Assembly (NCBI GenBank): GCA_030295235.1
Contig: AP026123.1
Coordinates: 1,798,001 to 1,862,000, forward strand
Reading direction: 5' to 3'
Length of the DNA: 64,000 bases
Origin: Fistulifera solaris
Taxonomy: Eukaryota
In this document: positions 11,452 through 22,111 of the stretch, piece after piece
Numbering within the stretch: position 1 is the stretch's first letter
Layout: each line of letters starts with the position of its first letter
The notes under the pieces: model-generated
Database searches by the model: none
The model's input: the letters and a program-made list of their open reading frames with translations, nothing else
What the model was told of the DNA's origin: nothing
Translations under genes and position numbers: made by a program

Positions 11452-11764
11452 GAGCGTGATTCTTCGCCTGTGACAACGACGCATCTAGCTACAATTTTCA
11501 TTCTCCAGCAAAATTGATCGCACCTCAACAAACCGTTTGTCAACAATCAACGCCACCTATCGCAACCAGACCGCTACTTTTGCATGAAAGTAATGTTTCC
11601 CTTTTCTTTGAAACGCGGGAGTGTCGTTTTCCTTTATTTGGAAGACATAATGAGGCAATTTCCGGATCGATAAGTGTATATAGTGCCGAAGAACCCGACA
11701 GTCACAGTAGATTCCATTAAAAAAATGACCCAAGGGCCAGTTGTACAAGTAATATTCTATAAAT

Positions 11765-12672
11765 TTACTTTCCAGTCCAGAGCTTTCCGGCATCCGTTTC
11801 ACCGGCCATTAGTTTCTTCCAGGCATCGTGTGTTTCATGAATCACCTTAATGGCTTCCGCCTTGTCCAAGAACTTCTCGTCGAAACCGAACTCGTTGATG
11901 GGCTTGTCATCCGGAGTCTTGTACCAGCGGAACCATTCTCGGATACCCGCCTTGATTGACTCGGGGACATCGTTAATATCATTGTATTCTTTCGCGAGCG
12001 GATCATCGGTGGCAATCGCCAAGACCTTCCAGTCCAATTCACCATCATCAATCATGGCCAACACACCCAACGGTTTGACGGATTTGACACTACCCATGGC
12101 CAAAGCCGACGAGCCAATTTCGACGACATCAATGGGATCGTTGTCACCGAAGCAACCCAACTCGGGATGTTTGACACCCGGATCTTCCCACGTTTGCGGA
12201 AGACATCCGTAGTTCCAAAAGATGGGTCCGTGATAGTCACGGAGTTTTCCCTTCTTAATGTCCTGAGCAATGGGATTGCCTTCCTCTTTGGTGGCCACTT
12301 CCATCTTGGCGCGGGTCATTTTGGGAATTTCGACCACCTAATGAAAATATTGAAGAGCGTGAGCTTGCCTGCGTCGGAAAAAGCTACGTTACAACCATTT
12401 TTGTATCAACGAACATGTTTGCTTACCATATTGAAAGATCCATCCTCATTCGAAAGATCAATATCATGCCACGGTGAAAGAGTTTTGTCACCTTCCTTGA
12501 ATTTCAGTCGGAAGCTTTCGGTTTTTTCTTGACCGACCACGTCGGTGGAAATACCGGCAACCGCCTGCCACTGGCCGATCAAGAATCGACCACGCGGAAG
12601 ACCGTGCGCCGTCCAAGCCGTAGCTCGACTCGCGAGGAGGAGGAAGGAAAGAGCGGATTTGGTAATGTGCAT
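11765..12672 (-). CDS. Soluble inorganic pyrophosphatase (family I), organelle-targeted, 2 exons (intron ~12338-12426)
   Basis: SPWHDI, VVEIPK, WNYGCLPQTWED, GDNDPIDVVEIG, MIDDGELDWK, WFRWYK; signal peptide plus ATA-W site. Confidence 0.93.
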
Positions 12673-13129
12673 GGTAAATTGGCTGAAACAAACGACACGA
12701 ACGAGTTTTGTTATTACTCTCGATTGGATCTTTGTCAACAACGGGGACGACTTTTTCGTTTACACGCGTCTGCGCATCATGTGGTTCTCCGCTTCGTTTT
12801 CGCGGGTTGCCGCCAAGCAACAGCGTCATCGACTGACGTATCGGCACCTTTGTCGAACCGGTACTTTTTAGTCTTGAACACTCGTGTCTGGATGCTTACG
12901 TCATCCTCGCGAGAATGCGCTGTTCGCATTGCATGAGAGACGATTTTTCTCATAAAAATGTGCCGTCGTTTTGTCATGACCCGTAGTATTTCTTATTCAT
13001 TCGCATCATCAACTTCTTTTCGACAACTCTTCGAACCCGATCGTTTATCAAAGTGACTTCTTTCATCTTCAGTGTGATCGAAAGGGAGTCTTGTCCTTTT
13101 TAGTTTTTTTTACCTTCACATCCTTCACC

Positions 13130-14098
13130 ATGAAATCCTTCGAAAGAACGATCCTACATTGCATTCTTTTTCAATTTCTCGTCATTTCGGCGTGTGCATT
13201 CGTTCCTTCGCCCACCAAGTCAACGTTTCCATTACGGGCAACGGAAGATTCATCGTCCACCGTCGATAATAGGAAAAAGACGGACTTTACTGTCCCTCTC
13301 AGTGTCGAGGAAATGGTCCGTCAAGTTGCCGCCTGCATGAAACAAGCTTCGTCCGATGGACTCGACAAACAAATCATTCGTGTATTACTCCCTCGGGATG
13401 CCAGCAATGCCGATTTTGGCAAATATTGGGAACAAGAAAGTAGAGGCAATTCTGTTTTGGTTCCGAACGACGAAAGCTGGCAAGGGGGAATCATGCAATT
13501 GTACCGTTCGGCGGCACCGACGGGGGCCGAAATCGTGCGACAATATACCAACAAAGATGTTGGATTGCCACCTCGCATCACCGAAGATCGTTCCGTCGAT
13601 GAAAGTGGCGTCGATGGTGTCGGATTGTTGAAAACGGAAGATCCTTCCATTGCGTGTTGGGTGCAACCGACCCAAGAGACCGTACAAGACTACATTATGG
13701 ACACTCTCAACGATGATGGTACCACCATCATTCTCATGAATCCTCAATGGCGGTTGGTTGATGATGTACTGGATTCCGCGAGTCAAGGAGAAGGTTTCCT
13801 TTCGGGTTTGGCATCGTTTTTGGGCGGCAAGGGGAGTGTTTTGAAGCGACTCAATGCCGCCGGATTCCAACCCGTGTATACGTTAGAGGGATATGTGTGT
13901 CGGGGGGCCAATGTCCGTTTGTTGCAAACCTACCAAGCCGATTGGCAAGTATTTTGTGAACGAGATGATGGTGAAACCTATATTCCGGTGGGTTCGTTAC
14001 CCTCCCGACCCACCTATCAAGATGTGGAACAGATGCTGAAAGATGCAAATATTGGTTACAAGTATGCACGAGACATTGGTCTGCAACCAAAGTTATAA
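13130..14098 (+). CDS. Plastid-targeted DUF1995-like protein
   Basis: Signal peptide plus ACA-FVP motif; ESWQGGIMQLYR, ILMNPQW, LLQTY..DWQVF, RPTY motifs. Confidence 0.55.
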   Translation: MKSFERTILHCILFQFLVISACAFVPSPTKSTFPLRATEDSSSTVDNRKKTDFTVPLSVEEMVRQVAACMKQASSDGLDKQIIRVLLPRDASNADFGKYWEQESRGNSVLVPNDESWQGGIMQLYRSAAPTGAEIVRQYTNKDVGLPPRITEDRSVDESGVDGVGLLKTEDPSIACWVQPTQETVQDYIMDTLNDDGTTIILMNPQWRLVDDVLDSASQGEGFLSGLASFLGGKGSVLKRLNAAGFQPVYTLEGYVCRGANVRLLQTYQADWQVFCERDDGETYIPVGSLPSRPTYQDVEQMLKDANIGYKYARDIGLQPKL

Positions 14099-14423
14099 GC
14101 TTTAATGAGAATAAGAAATAACATGATGATGTTGAGTTGTTAGTAGACGAATATAAGCATACCCGCAAGCCTTTTGTAGCTAAAGAGTCTACTTGAGAGG
14201 TGCTTTTTCTACTTCTGGTCGCGCGAAAAACGGATGCAACAACTGCTGATTGTCTCGAATTCAGGTAAATTGAGCGGTATGGACGCGTGTATAGCGTGTT
14301 CTCGGAGGCGCTTGTAAGACTTCAGAGGAAAATTACTGTTGCAGATAGTTCCAGTTTTTCTGATTTCATTCGCCACCACTTCCGTTCGAACCTGTTCATC
14401 CTTCTTCATTTGTTTCTCGTTTC

Positions 14424-15047
14424 TCATTTGTCCTTTTGGCGTCGAACAAAACTCTCTACCAGTTTCGATCGAGGATATTGGCGATGGAGTTCCTCCCAAT
14501 GCACCACAAACAGGTCCGCCCAAGGATACAGCAATTTTCCCGTCAGGCTCAAAGTTTGGACGCGACAGTACGACTCGACAAAGACAATTTGACCGGGACA
14601 CCATCCTACCACCCGCCAAAACAGCGCGGCCACACAAAGGGGTACGACCGTTCCCGGACCATTGCACAGAATCAAACCGGGTCGGATCTTGGCAATGAGA
14701 AAGAAGGCGTGCCATAGTGCGTATATGGTTGAAAAGAGACTCGTTGCATACGATTGACCCACTTCTCGGGCGCGCGGAATGGTGTGTACGACGGCATGGC
14801 GGTCGGGCAAGCGCATGACGGAAGTTGTATCCGTCGAGGCGCGACAATATTCCAGCGGTACATAATACGATCGATTCAACTGTTTCGTCAATTGTAATAT
14901 TTCGGTGGTGTGACCACCCGAACCCAAAATGACCAGCGTTTTGAGCGGTTTTGAATTCGTTTTCGTTCGACGAATGCATCGAAAGACCCAAACGATTCGA
15001 ACGAAGAGAACAATGGCGATGCAACCCGCCACAAAAGCGTAACTCAT
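14424..15047 (-). CDS. ALG14: UDP-GlcNAc transferase subunit ALG14
   Basis: N-terminal TM, LVILGSGGHTTE, IPRAREVGQSY, LILCNGPGT, VFVESYCRVQTLSLTGKLLY. Confidence 0.93.
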   Translation of the reverse strand: MSYAFVAGCIAIVLFVRIVWVFRCIRRTKTNSKPLKTLVILGSGGHTTEILQLTKQLNRSYYVPLEYCRASTDTTSVMRLPDRHAVVHTIPRAREVGQSYATSLFSTIYALWHAFFLIAKIRPGLILCNGPGTVVPLCVAALFWRVVGWCPGQIVFVESYCRVQTLSLTGKLLYPWADLFVVHWEELHRQYPRSKLVESFVRRQKDK

Positions 15048-15190
15048 CTCTTCACTTCGTTTTGCAGAGAACAGGGGATATCTTAGATAAAAGAATTTAA
15101 CAACAACGTCTGATTCTTCGTGAAATGCCAAATGTAATAGAATCTCCTCGCGATTTGCAAAATAAAACGAAAAAAAGTGGCAGCGGCGAC

Positions 15191-15351
15191 GAGATTCTTT
15201 CAGAAACCAGCCGATTTCCGGGTGACTTTTCACAAACCAGCATTTAGGCTGTTTAGGGCCCTTCCTCCTACTGTTTGCAATCATACCAAAGGGCCTGCTG
15301 GCTGGTTTGTGAAAAGTCACCCGGAAATCGGCTGGTTTCTGAAAGTATCTC
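15191..15351. mobile_element. Non-autonomous MITE (Mutator-like): 51-bp TIRs, 10-bp TSD
   Basis: 15191-15241 is the reverse complement of 15301-15351 with 1 mismatch; CAGCGGCGAC is duplicated at 15181-15190 and 15352-15361. Confidence 0.9.
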
Positions 15352-15484
15352 CAGCGGCGACTGGGAGCAGATCCCCAGAATTTCTGGAAACGTGGAAGCA
15401 CAGGCAGAAACAAAATAGTTCAGAATTATTTCCGTCTATAATATCATTTATATGTACTATAGTCAAAAGTGTATGTCAACTTAT

Positions 15485-16120
15485 CCACGATTGCACTTCA
15501 GTCATGAATCCATATTCTTTTTAGCGACAGTGCAGCCACAATTCGTTCATTCAGCAGATTATGTTGAGCTCCATTTGTCATTGTTGCAATGAGATAGGCT
15601 TTAACAGCGTTTTCATTACACATCATTATATTTTACGTCAAAGAGCCTAGCGAAACGTTGTCTTCCGTATTTACTATGGACCAAAGTGATAGTTCAAGGA
15701 GACCACGACTGCATTTCAGTCATGAATTGAAATTTTTCGAACGACAATGCTGCCTACAATTCGTTTGCTCAGCAAATCTTGAGCTCTATTTGTCGTTGTT
15801 GCAATGAAATAGACTTTAGCAGCGTTTGCATTACACGTCATTATACTTTACGTCGAAGAGCCTTGCGATACGTTGTCTTCCGTATTTACTATGGACCGAA
15901 GTGTTTTCCGTATTTCGCCACGACTGCTCTTCAGTCATGAATCAATAGTCGTTCGAGCGACCAAGAGGAGCGACAATGCTGCCTACAATTCGTTTGCTCA
16001 GCAAATCTTGAGCTCTATTTGTCGTTGTTGCAATGAAATAGACTTTAGCAGCGTTTGCATTACACGTCATTATACTTTACGTCGAAGAGCCTTGCGAAAC
16101 GTTGTCTTCAGTATTTACTC
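15485..16120. repeat. Tandem ~220-bp unit, about 3 copies
   Basis: CGACAATGCTGCCTACAATTCG...GAGCCTTGCGA is near-identical at ~15742 and 15971, with a diverged copy at ~15525; the unit tail CCACGACTGC..TTCAGTCATGAA recurs at ~15485, ~15702 and ~15918. Confidence 0.9.
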
Positions 16121-16171
16121 TAGTCTAAAGACTATGAAAGTTAAGACCCAAAAGTACCAGGTAGCCCTCAC

Positions 16172-16756
16172 GACCCAAAACACCGTCATTCCAGAATTCC
16201 TGGGCCTATGACAGATTTTCTGTATGACGCAAACAGAAATTCCAGAATTTCTGGAAAATGCACAAAATCGTTGTGTGACGCAAATCTCCGATTCCAGAAT
16301 TCTTGGAACGTGCACAGAATCTTTGTGCGACGCAAAGCACCTAATCAGTAATCAGTATAATCCAAAATATCTGGAATTCGCGCAGAATTTCTGTAGGACC
16401 CAAAACACCGAGTCCAGAATTTCTGGACCTATGACAGATTTTCTGTATGACGCAAACACCGATTCCAGAATTTCTGGAAAATGCACAAAATCGTTGTGTG
16501 ACAGAAATCTCCTATTCCAGAATTCTTGGAACGTACACAGAATCTTTGTGCAACGCAAAGCTCCTAATTAAGAATATCTGGAAGTCGCACAGAACTTCTG
16601 TACGGCCATAACACCGAGTCCAGAATTTCGGAATTTTAGGCAGAATTTCTGTGTGACGCAAACACCGATTCCAGAATTTCTGGAACGTGCACAAAATCTT
16701 CGTGCGACGTAAAGCACCTAATCCAGAATATCTGGAAGTCACACAGAACTTCTGTA
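16172..16756 (+). repeat. Minisatellite array of ~52-bp double-palindrome monomers (~11 copies) with a 4-mer higher-order repeat
   Basis: Consensus approx GACGCAAACACCGATTCCAGAATTTCTGGAA-N4-CACAGAATTTCTGTGT; the A-type monomer recurs at 16172, 16397 and 16604. Confidence 0.9.
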
Positions 16757-17084
16757 AGTTTACGGTTCTCGGAGACCACGACTGCATTATTTCAGTTATG
16801 TGTCATGCGTACTGGTAAGGGTTGATATCTCTGATCTTTGCATCGCCCACTGGAGCCAGGTTGATTTTGGCAATTAATTTACACACATACCAGGTTATGC
16901 AATCTTTGACCTGGAACTCAAAGGGAAATCAGCGAAAGCCGTGGTCCATGGTGATATGAACCGTGACTGAAATCCAGTCTTGTCTGATGTTTTAACGTGT
17001 TGTCGAAAGTGCTACGACAGCCAAAAGACCTTCTTTAGATGCCGCAATGCCTCGGTCTCTATTTCATTGTAATATCTTTACTAT

Positions 17085-18755
17085 TTAAATGAATTTCATG
17101 GTGTTTCCGTCCACCAAGATTAAGCTATCATTTTCCAGGACCCATCCCAATGCGGCGGCCTTTTCGACAGCATTCGCCATCGTAACGCAGTTCTCTACAA
17201 CGGGAAAGACGGCACGATACAGTTGCTGTTGACGGGCTTGTTTGGAGGAGGAGCAAAAGGAAATGACGGGAATATGGGGTCGACATGCGGCAATGATCGG
17301 GGCCATATCCGCGTTCAAACAAAGAATGGCGACACTATCACGCTCGAGCGCCGCTCGGCATACGGCATGCGCCATGGGAGCGTACTCGCTGGATTCCGCG
17401 GCGTAACACACATTAGAAGCGACCGGGAAGGGTGCCGCGGCACTGTATCGTTCCGAAGCGACAATGATTTCGTTCATCGTACGGACAGTCGTATCCGGGT
17501 ATTTGCCTTTGGCGGTCTCTCCACTGGTCATGGTGGCATCGCAGCCGTCATACACGGCGTTGGTGACATCACTCACTTCAGCTCGGGTCGGACGGGGATT
17601 CTTGGTCATACTTTCCAACATTTGTGTGGCAACAATGACGGGCTTCCCGACGGCGTTACAGGCGGCTACCATTTCCTTTTGCGCGTTCGTGACTTGCGAA
17701 AGCGGAATCTCCACACCAAGATCACCACGGGCGACCATGATGGCATCACTTGCCTCCAAGATCGCATCAAAATTCTTTAACGCCAATGAGGTTTCGATTT
17801 TACTTATAATCAGTGGCAACGGTTTTGTCCAGTTCAATTCACGAGCACATTCCGCAATGTGCGCCCGAATCTATTGCACTCCTTCGGCAGTTTGAACAAA
17901 GGATGCCGCCACAAAGTCAATATCGGCCGCCTGCATGCCGTAACGAATGTCGGCCTTATCTTTTTCCGACATGGCCGGTAAATCACTGGTATCCGCAAAA
18001 GGCAAATTGACGCCTGCCCGACTGCGCAAATCTCCCGTATTATCGATAGTACAAATCACCGTTTCGCCATGAATCGATTGGACGGTCAAGGAGATAGCTC
18101 CGTCATCCAACAGCACGGTCATTCCTGGCTGCAGCGCCTTGTGTAAGGACTTGTAGTCAATAAACAAAGCATCCGGTGTGCTACCACCCTCCAAGGGAGT
18201 CGTGTGCAAAGTAATCGTGTCTCCCTGATTCAACTGAATGGTCGCGTGGCCGGTATCATCATTCGCCAACTTGCCGGTACGAAGTTCCGGTCCCTTGGTA
18301 TCCAATAAGATGGCGCGGGTATCCTGGAGAGGTGCACCGAAGAGTGTTTTCTAATCAATCAAATGAAATCGAAGCAATAACGTTATTACGTCAGAATGAC
18401 TCAAGAACAAGAAAGCATACGTTTGCATGCTCACAACTACGGCAACACTCACCTGCGCCAACGCCAAATTCGTGCAACGCAATTCGACTTCTTCGGGTGT
18501 CGCGTGCGAAAAGTTGAGACGCATAATCTTCATTCCTTCCTTCACCACCTTCTGTAAAGGTTCTTGTTGTTCCGATGTCGGCCCAATGGTGGCTACCATT
18601 TTGACCAAAGGCAACGTACTGACATGATTGGTGGTGGGCGCTGGTTTGGGCAAACGAAAGGAGGTCGTCTGGAGTTGTCGCGATAGTTGTGAAACTCCTG
18701 CGATCCTGGTGCGCAACGCTGCTGCTGTTTTCGAGCGAAGAAATGACGAAAACAT
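17085..18755 (-). CDS. Pyruvate kinase with mitochondrial presequence, 2 exons (intron ~18324-18452), in-frame TAG at 17871-17873
   Basis: [70 protein letters not shown]; Arg/Ser-rich N-terminus with no acidic residues. Confidence 0.9.
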
Positions 18756-18921
18756 AGTGTGAAGTGTCTTGATTGAATGAAAACTTTCCTAAGCAAGCCA
18801 GGTAGACCTATGCAAAGGATTCAATAGAAGTGAATGATTGGTTTTTGCGCGTTGCCGCGAAACGTGTGATGAAAGCGAAGATTCAATACCGTTAGGCGAA
18901 ACATAAGCCAATCAAAATGCA

Positions 18922-18933
18922 AGTGACGTCACT
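18922..18933. promoter_or_regulatory. Palindromic CRE/bZIP-type site AGTGACGTCACT with adjacent CCAAT in the PK/kinase divergent promoter
   Basis: Perfect 12-bp palindrome containing TGACGTCA; CCAAT at 18908-18912. Confidence 0.45.
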
Positions 18934-19089
18934 ATCGCTTTAACCCCGACCATATAGTAGTAGAGTTACGAAGATTTCACGCCATCGGAACGACGAAAAA
19001 TAAGCGTTTTATTGTTTTTGTTGAAGGTGCGAAACAAAAATCATTCCTGTTGATAAATTATCCTATCATAGACTACTTACTCCTCTAAA

Positions 19090-21412
19090 ATGAAAGAACG
19101 CAACGAGGCGGCAGCGATTGACACGGTCGTTTTACGGAAAATCTTGCGGTTGGTCTATTGCTTGCAGAAAGAACGCGGAGCGTCCTGCGCCTTTCGGGCG
19201 CATCCGGCCCGAAGCTTTCGGTTCTGGTACCCGCTCGGAGAGACACCGATCAAGCCATGTTACGACTGAAGGACAATTTGGATTCGACGGCATCGCATGT
19301 ATTGGGGAAAATTCGCAGCACCTTGCCACTGGAGGCTCTGCCATCGACGTGTGGCTTTCATAAATTGCTGCTCAGTTACAATACACTCATCCAATACGTT
19401 CACCACGAGTATATTCTCAAGTTCACATCTTCTCAACGTTCATTGCATAAACAAAGCAACTTATCATTCAAATCGTTGCAAAGAAAGACAGCTTCGGATC
19501 GCGCGTGTCATCCTATCAACATTTGGCGAATTTATCGCAAACGACTCCGAACGAAATGGCGGTTTGTGGAAATCGCCGACCGACACGCATTCGGTCGTTA
19601 TCGTATGATGCGATCCACCAAGATCGCTTTGTCAATTTGGTGTTTCAGGAGGATCTCGAAATGCGAGGCTGGTTCGGCCACCGGTTGGATGATGTGCCGT
19701 CAACAACACCCGTCGTCGAAGAAACGCAAGAAAACAACATACTGCAACTCGTCAACTTGCTCGATGTATTTGTACGACTCAAAGAAGCCGCCGGAATGGA
19801 ACGTGCGACTCTCTCTTCTATTTTAGCCGCCGAGGATGCCGAATCGCGAATGTTGATGAATGACTTGGTCTTGACCGCGGAGAATCAGCGGAGTCAACAA
19901 GAAGAATTGAATCAACTACCCGAAGGGACGTTACACGATTTGGTGCGAGAGGCCATCACGATGCCACCGCAAATGCAACAGTTGCAACGCGCGATTCTGA
20001 ATGGTTTGGAACTCGGGCAATTACGATCACAATACAATGAAAACAAGTTGTGGAATCTCACATCACTCTATGTGAATAAGTTACATTCGATGGAATTGCT
20101 CTTGGTGGAAGAGATAGAACATTGCACGGTGCTTTCGGACGTCGATTGTACCGCAGTGAAGAACAATATTGGGAACTCGTCCAGAATGAACAACGTGCTT
20201 GACCTCGCTTTTAATGTAATCTCGCATGAAAAGTTGAAAGGCGTTATAGAAAGTCTATCTCCTGAAGAAGTGAAGGGGCGGTTGCTGAGTGCGCTCTCGG
20301 GTCAAGCACCCGATGAAAAATCGACGGAACAAAATCGACAAAACGGAGTAAAAGTTGGAGTCGAAAATATTGCCAAAGGGGTCGATGGATTGTTACAAGA
20401 AATTTCGAAAGCACCAGCTTCGAAAGAATGGGAAATCAATCTTTACGAAGTTCATTTTAAGAAACGCATAGGACAAGGAGCAGCAGGAACCACGTATCTG
20501 GCTAGATGGAGTGGTCTCGATGTAGCTGTAAAAGTTGCCTCCATCACAGAAATGGGCCTTGATGGCTGGCGGAAAGAAGTCCAGGCACTGCAAAAATTGC
20601 ATCATCCCAATATCATTCGGCTGCTAGGCTCCGTGTATCATCCGAGTCCATTAACGTTTTGTCTTGTTTTAGAATATTGTGATGGCGGCGATCTGTCCGT
20701 TGCACTGCAGAAATGCACCCCCGCAACTTTTTTCTTTCATGTGGCATCCAGTATCTCGAAAGGTATGAGCTATTTGCACAATAAAGGCATCATTCATAGA
20801 GACATCAAGCCGGGGAATATTCTCCTCGATGGAATGGTTTCCTCGGGAAATTTTTCGGTCAAGATAACGGATTTTGGTGTTGCTACCGAGTCGAACAACG
20901 GAGGTGATCAGGATCCCACCGCCGAAACCGGTACCTATCGATGGATGCCTCCGGAGGTGATTCGCCACGAAACGTATTCACAAACGGCGGACGTTTACTC
21001 CTCCGCTATTTTGTTTTGGCAGCTTCTGTCGCGTGAATCACCGTTTGCGAACATGTCGCAAATCGAAGCGGCCGCTGCCGTCGCTATGAATGATGCACGT
21101 CCACCATTCCCATCGGGAGTCCCTGGTTCTATTCAGTCGTTTATTGAAAAATGTTGGACGAGAGATCCCGATCGTCGTCCTTCATTTGACCAAATCCTGG
21201 AAGAACTTGAGGTCATTTCTCACTCACTGACGGAAGAGCAACTACGATGGATCGAATGCCCCATCGGCCATCCTGTGTATCAAGAATCCGCGAAAGAAAG
21301 GCCTGCTTATCCGAAGCTTGAATTACCCAGCATTCATGAAGCCAACAATCTGAAAGTTCCAAAAAGGCGCGGCATAAAAGCTCTTTTTTCGCGAAAGTCA
21401 GTTCACTTTTAA
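19090..21412 (+). CDS. NIT (nitrate/nitrite-sensing) domain plus TKL-type protein kinase (3 apparent frameshifts in the 5' part)
   Basis: Reconstructed N-terminus LVYCLQKERGASCA...ARRDTD...YNTLI...LKEAAGMERATL; kinase motifs GQGAAG, VAVK, HRDIKPGN, DFG, GTYRWMPPE. Confidence 0.8.
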
Positions 21413-21505
21413 TACTTTCATTATACAAATTTTGAAGGGGTAGAAAAAAAGAAGTTTACAAGACGCGAAGAACATTTTCTGCAAATAGAATGATTAATAA
21501 TTATT

Positions 21506-21958
21506 CTAATAGATTTGAGACGAACACGAGCATCGTTCTAACCCAGCCCGTTCCGTCAAAAAGTCCGATACATAATTTGTAATATCCCAAGGCCCCACAA
21601 AGGCATCTTTGTCGTACTCTTGCCATCTTTCTTCCAAATCACCGACCACCGTCGTCATGATCGTCATCAAATCATGTTCTCCTGTTTGACGACACTTGAG
21701 ATACGACAATTTGCACGATTCTCCCATTTGTCGGTGAACGTCTTGTGGCATCCATTCCGCATCAAGCCACCGTTGGATCGATCCCGATAATTCCGTACCG
21801 ACAGTCTCGTGGTCGACCAACGATTCGACCGAGACGCTTTCGACGGCCGACCATCGCGTCGTCGAAAATCGTCGAAAGGTCGACGAGGGAAGGACCCACG
21901 CCTGGCCGTGTCGGAAGAGAAGACACACACTCAGAAATAGGTTCTGCGGTCTTGTCAT
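21506..21958 (-). CDS. Plastid-targeted conserved hypothetical protein
   Basis: Signal peptide plus GQA-W site; WLDAEWMPQDVH and FVGPWDITNYVSDFL resemble a small cyanobacterial/algal family (from recall). Confidence 0.6.
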   Translation of the reverse strand: MTRPQNLFLSVCLLFRHGQAWVLPSSTFRRFSTTRWSAVESVSVESLVDHETVGTELSGSIQRWLDAEWMPQDVHRQMGESCKLSYLKCRQTGEHDLMTIMTTVVGDLEERWQEYDKDAFVGPWDITNYVSDFLTERAGLERCSCSSQIY

Positions 21959-22111
21959 GGTAGAAACGAATTATATGAGGTAAGGTTACAAGTAAGAAGT
22001 CTCTTACAATTATGTTGTGGCTGAAGGGGGACGACGAGAAAGGAGCAAGGAAAAAAGCAAAAACTGCAAGGAAGCCGATGACGTCAGCTTCCGCTCGTCA
22101 AATGAGATGAG

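Noticed and set aside
15048..15413. N-terminal extension of ALG14 in ORF 14424-15413
   Set aside because: It reads through the MITE and promoter; ALG14-like sequence starts at Met 15047.
16172..16756. CRISPR array (palindromic repeats at regular spacing; also 22112-23297)
   Set aside because: The would-be spacers are short and themselves repeat in a 4-mer cycle, the repeats are degenerate, the context is eukaryotic and no cas-like ORF is present.
16800..17080. Possible snoRNA or other ncRNA downstream of pyruvate kinase
   Set aside because: Only isolated CTGA boxes; no canonical C box with terminal stem could be identified.
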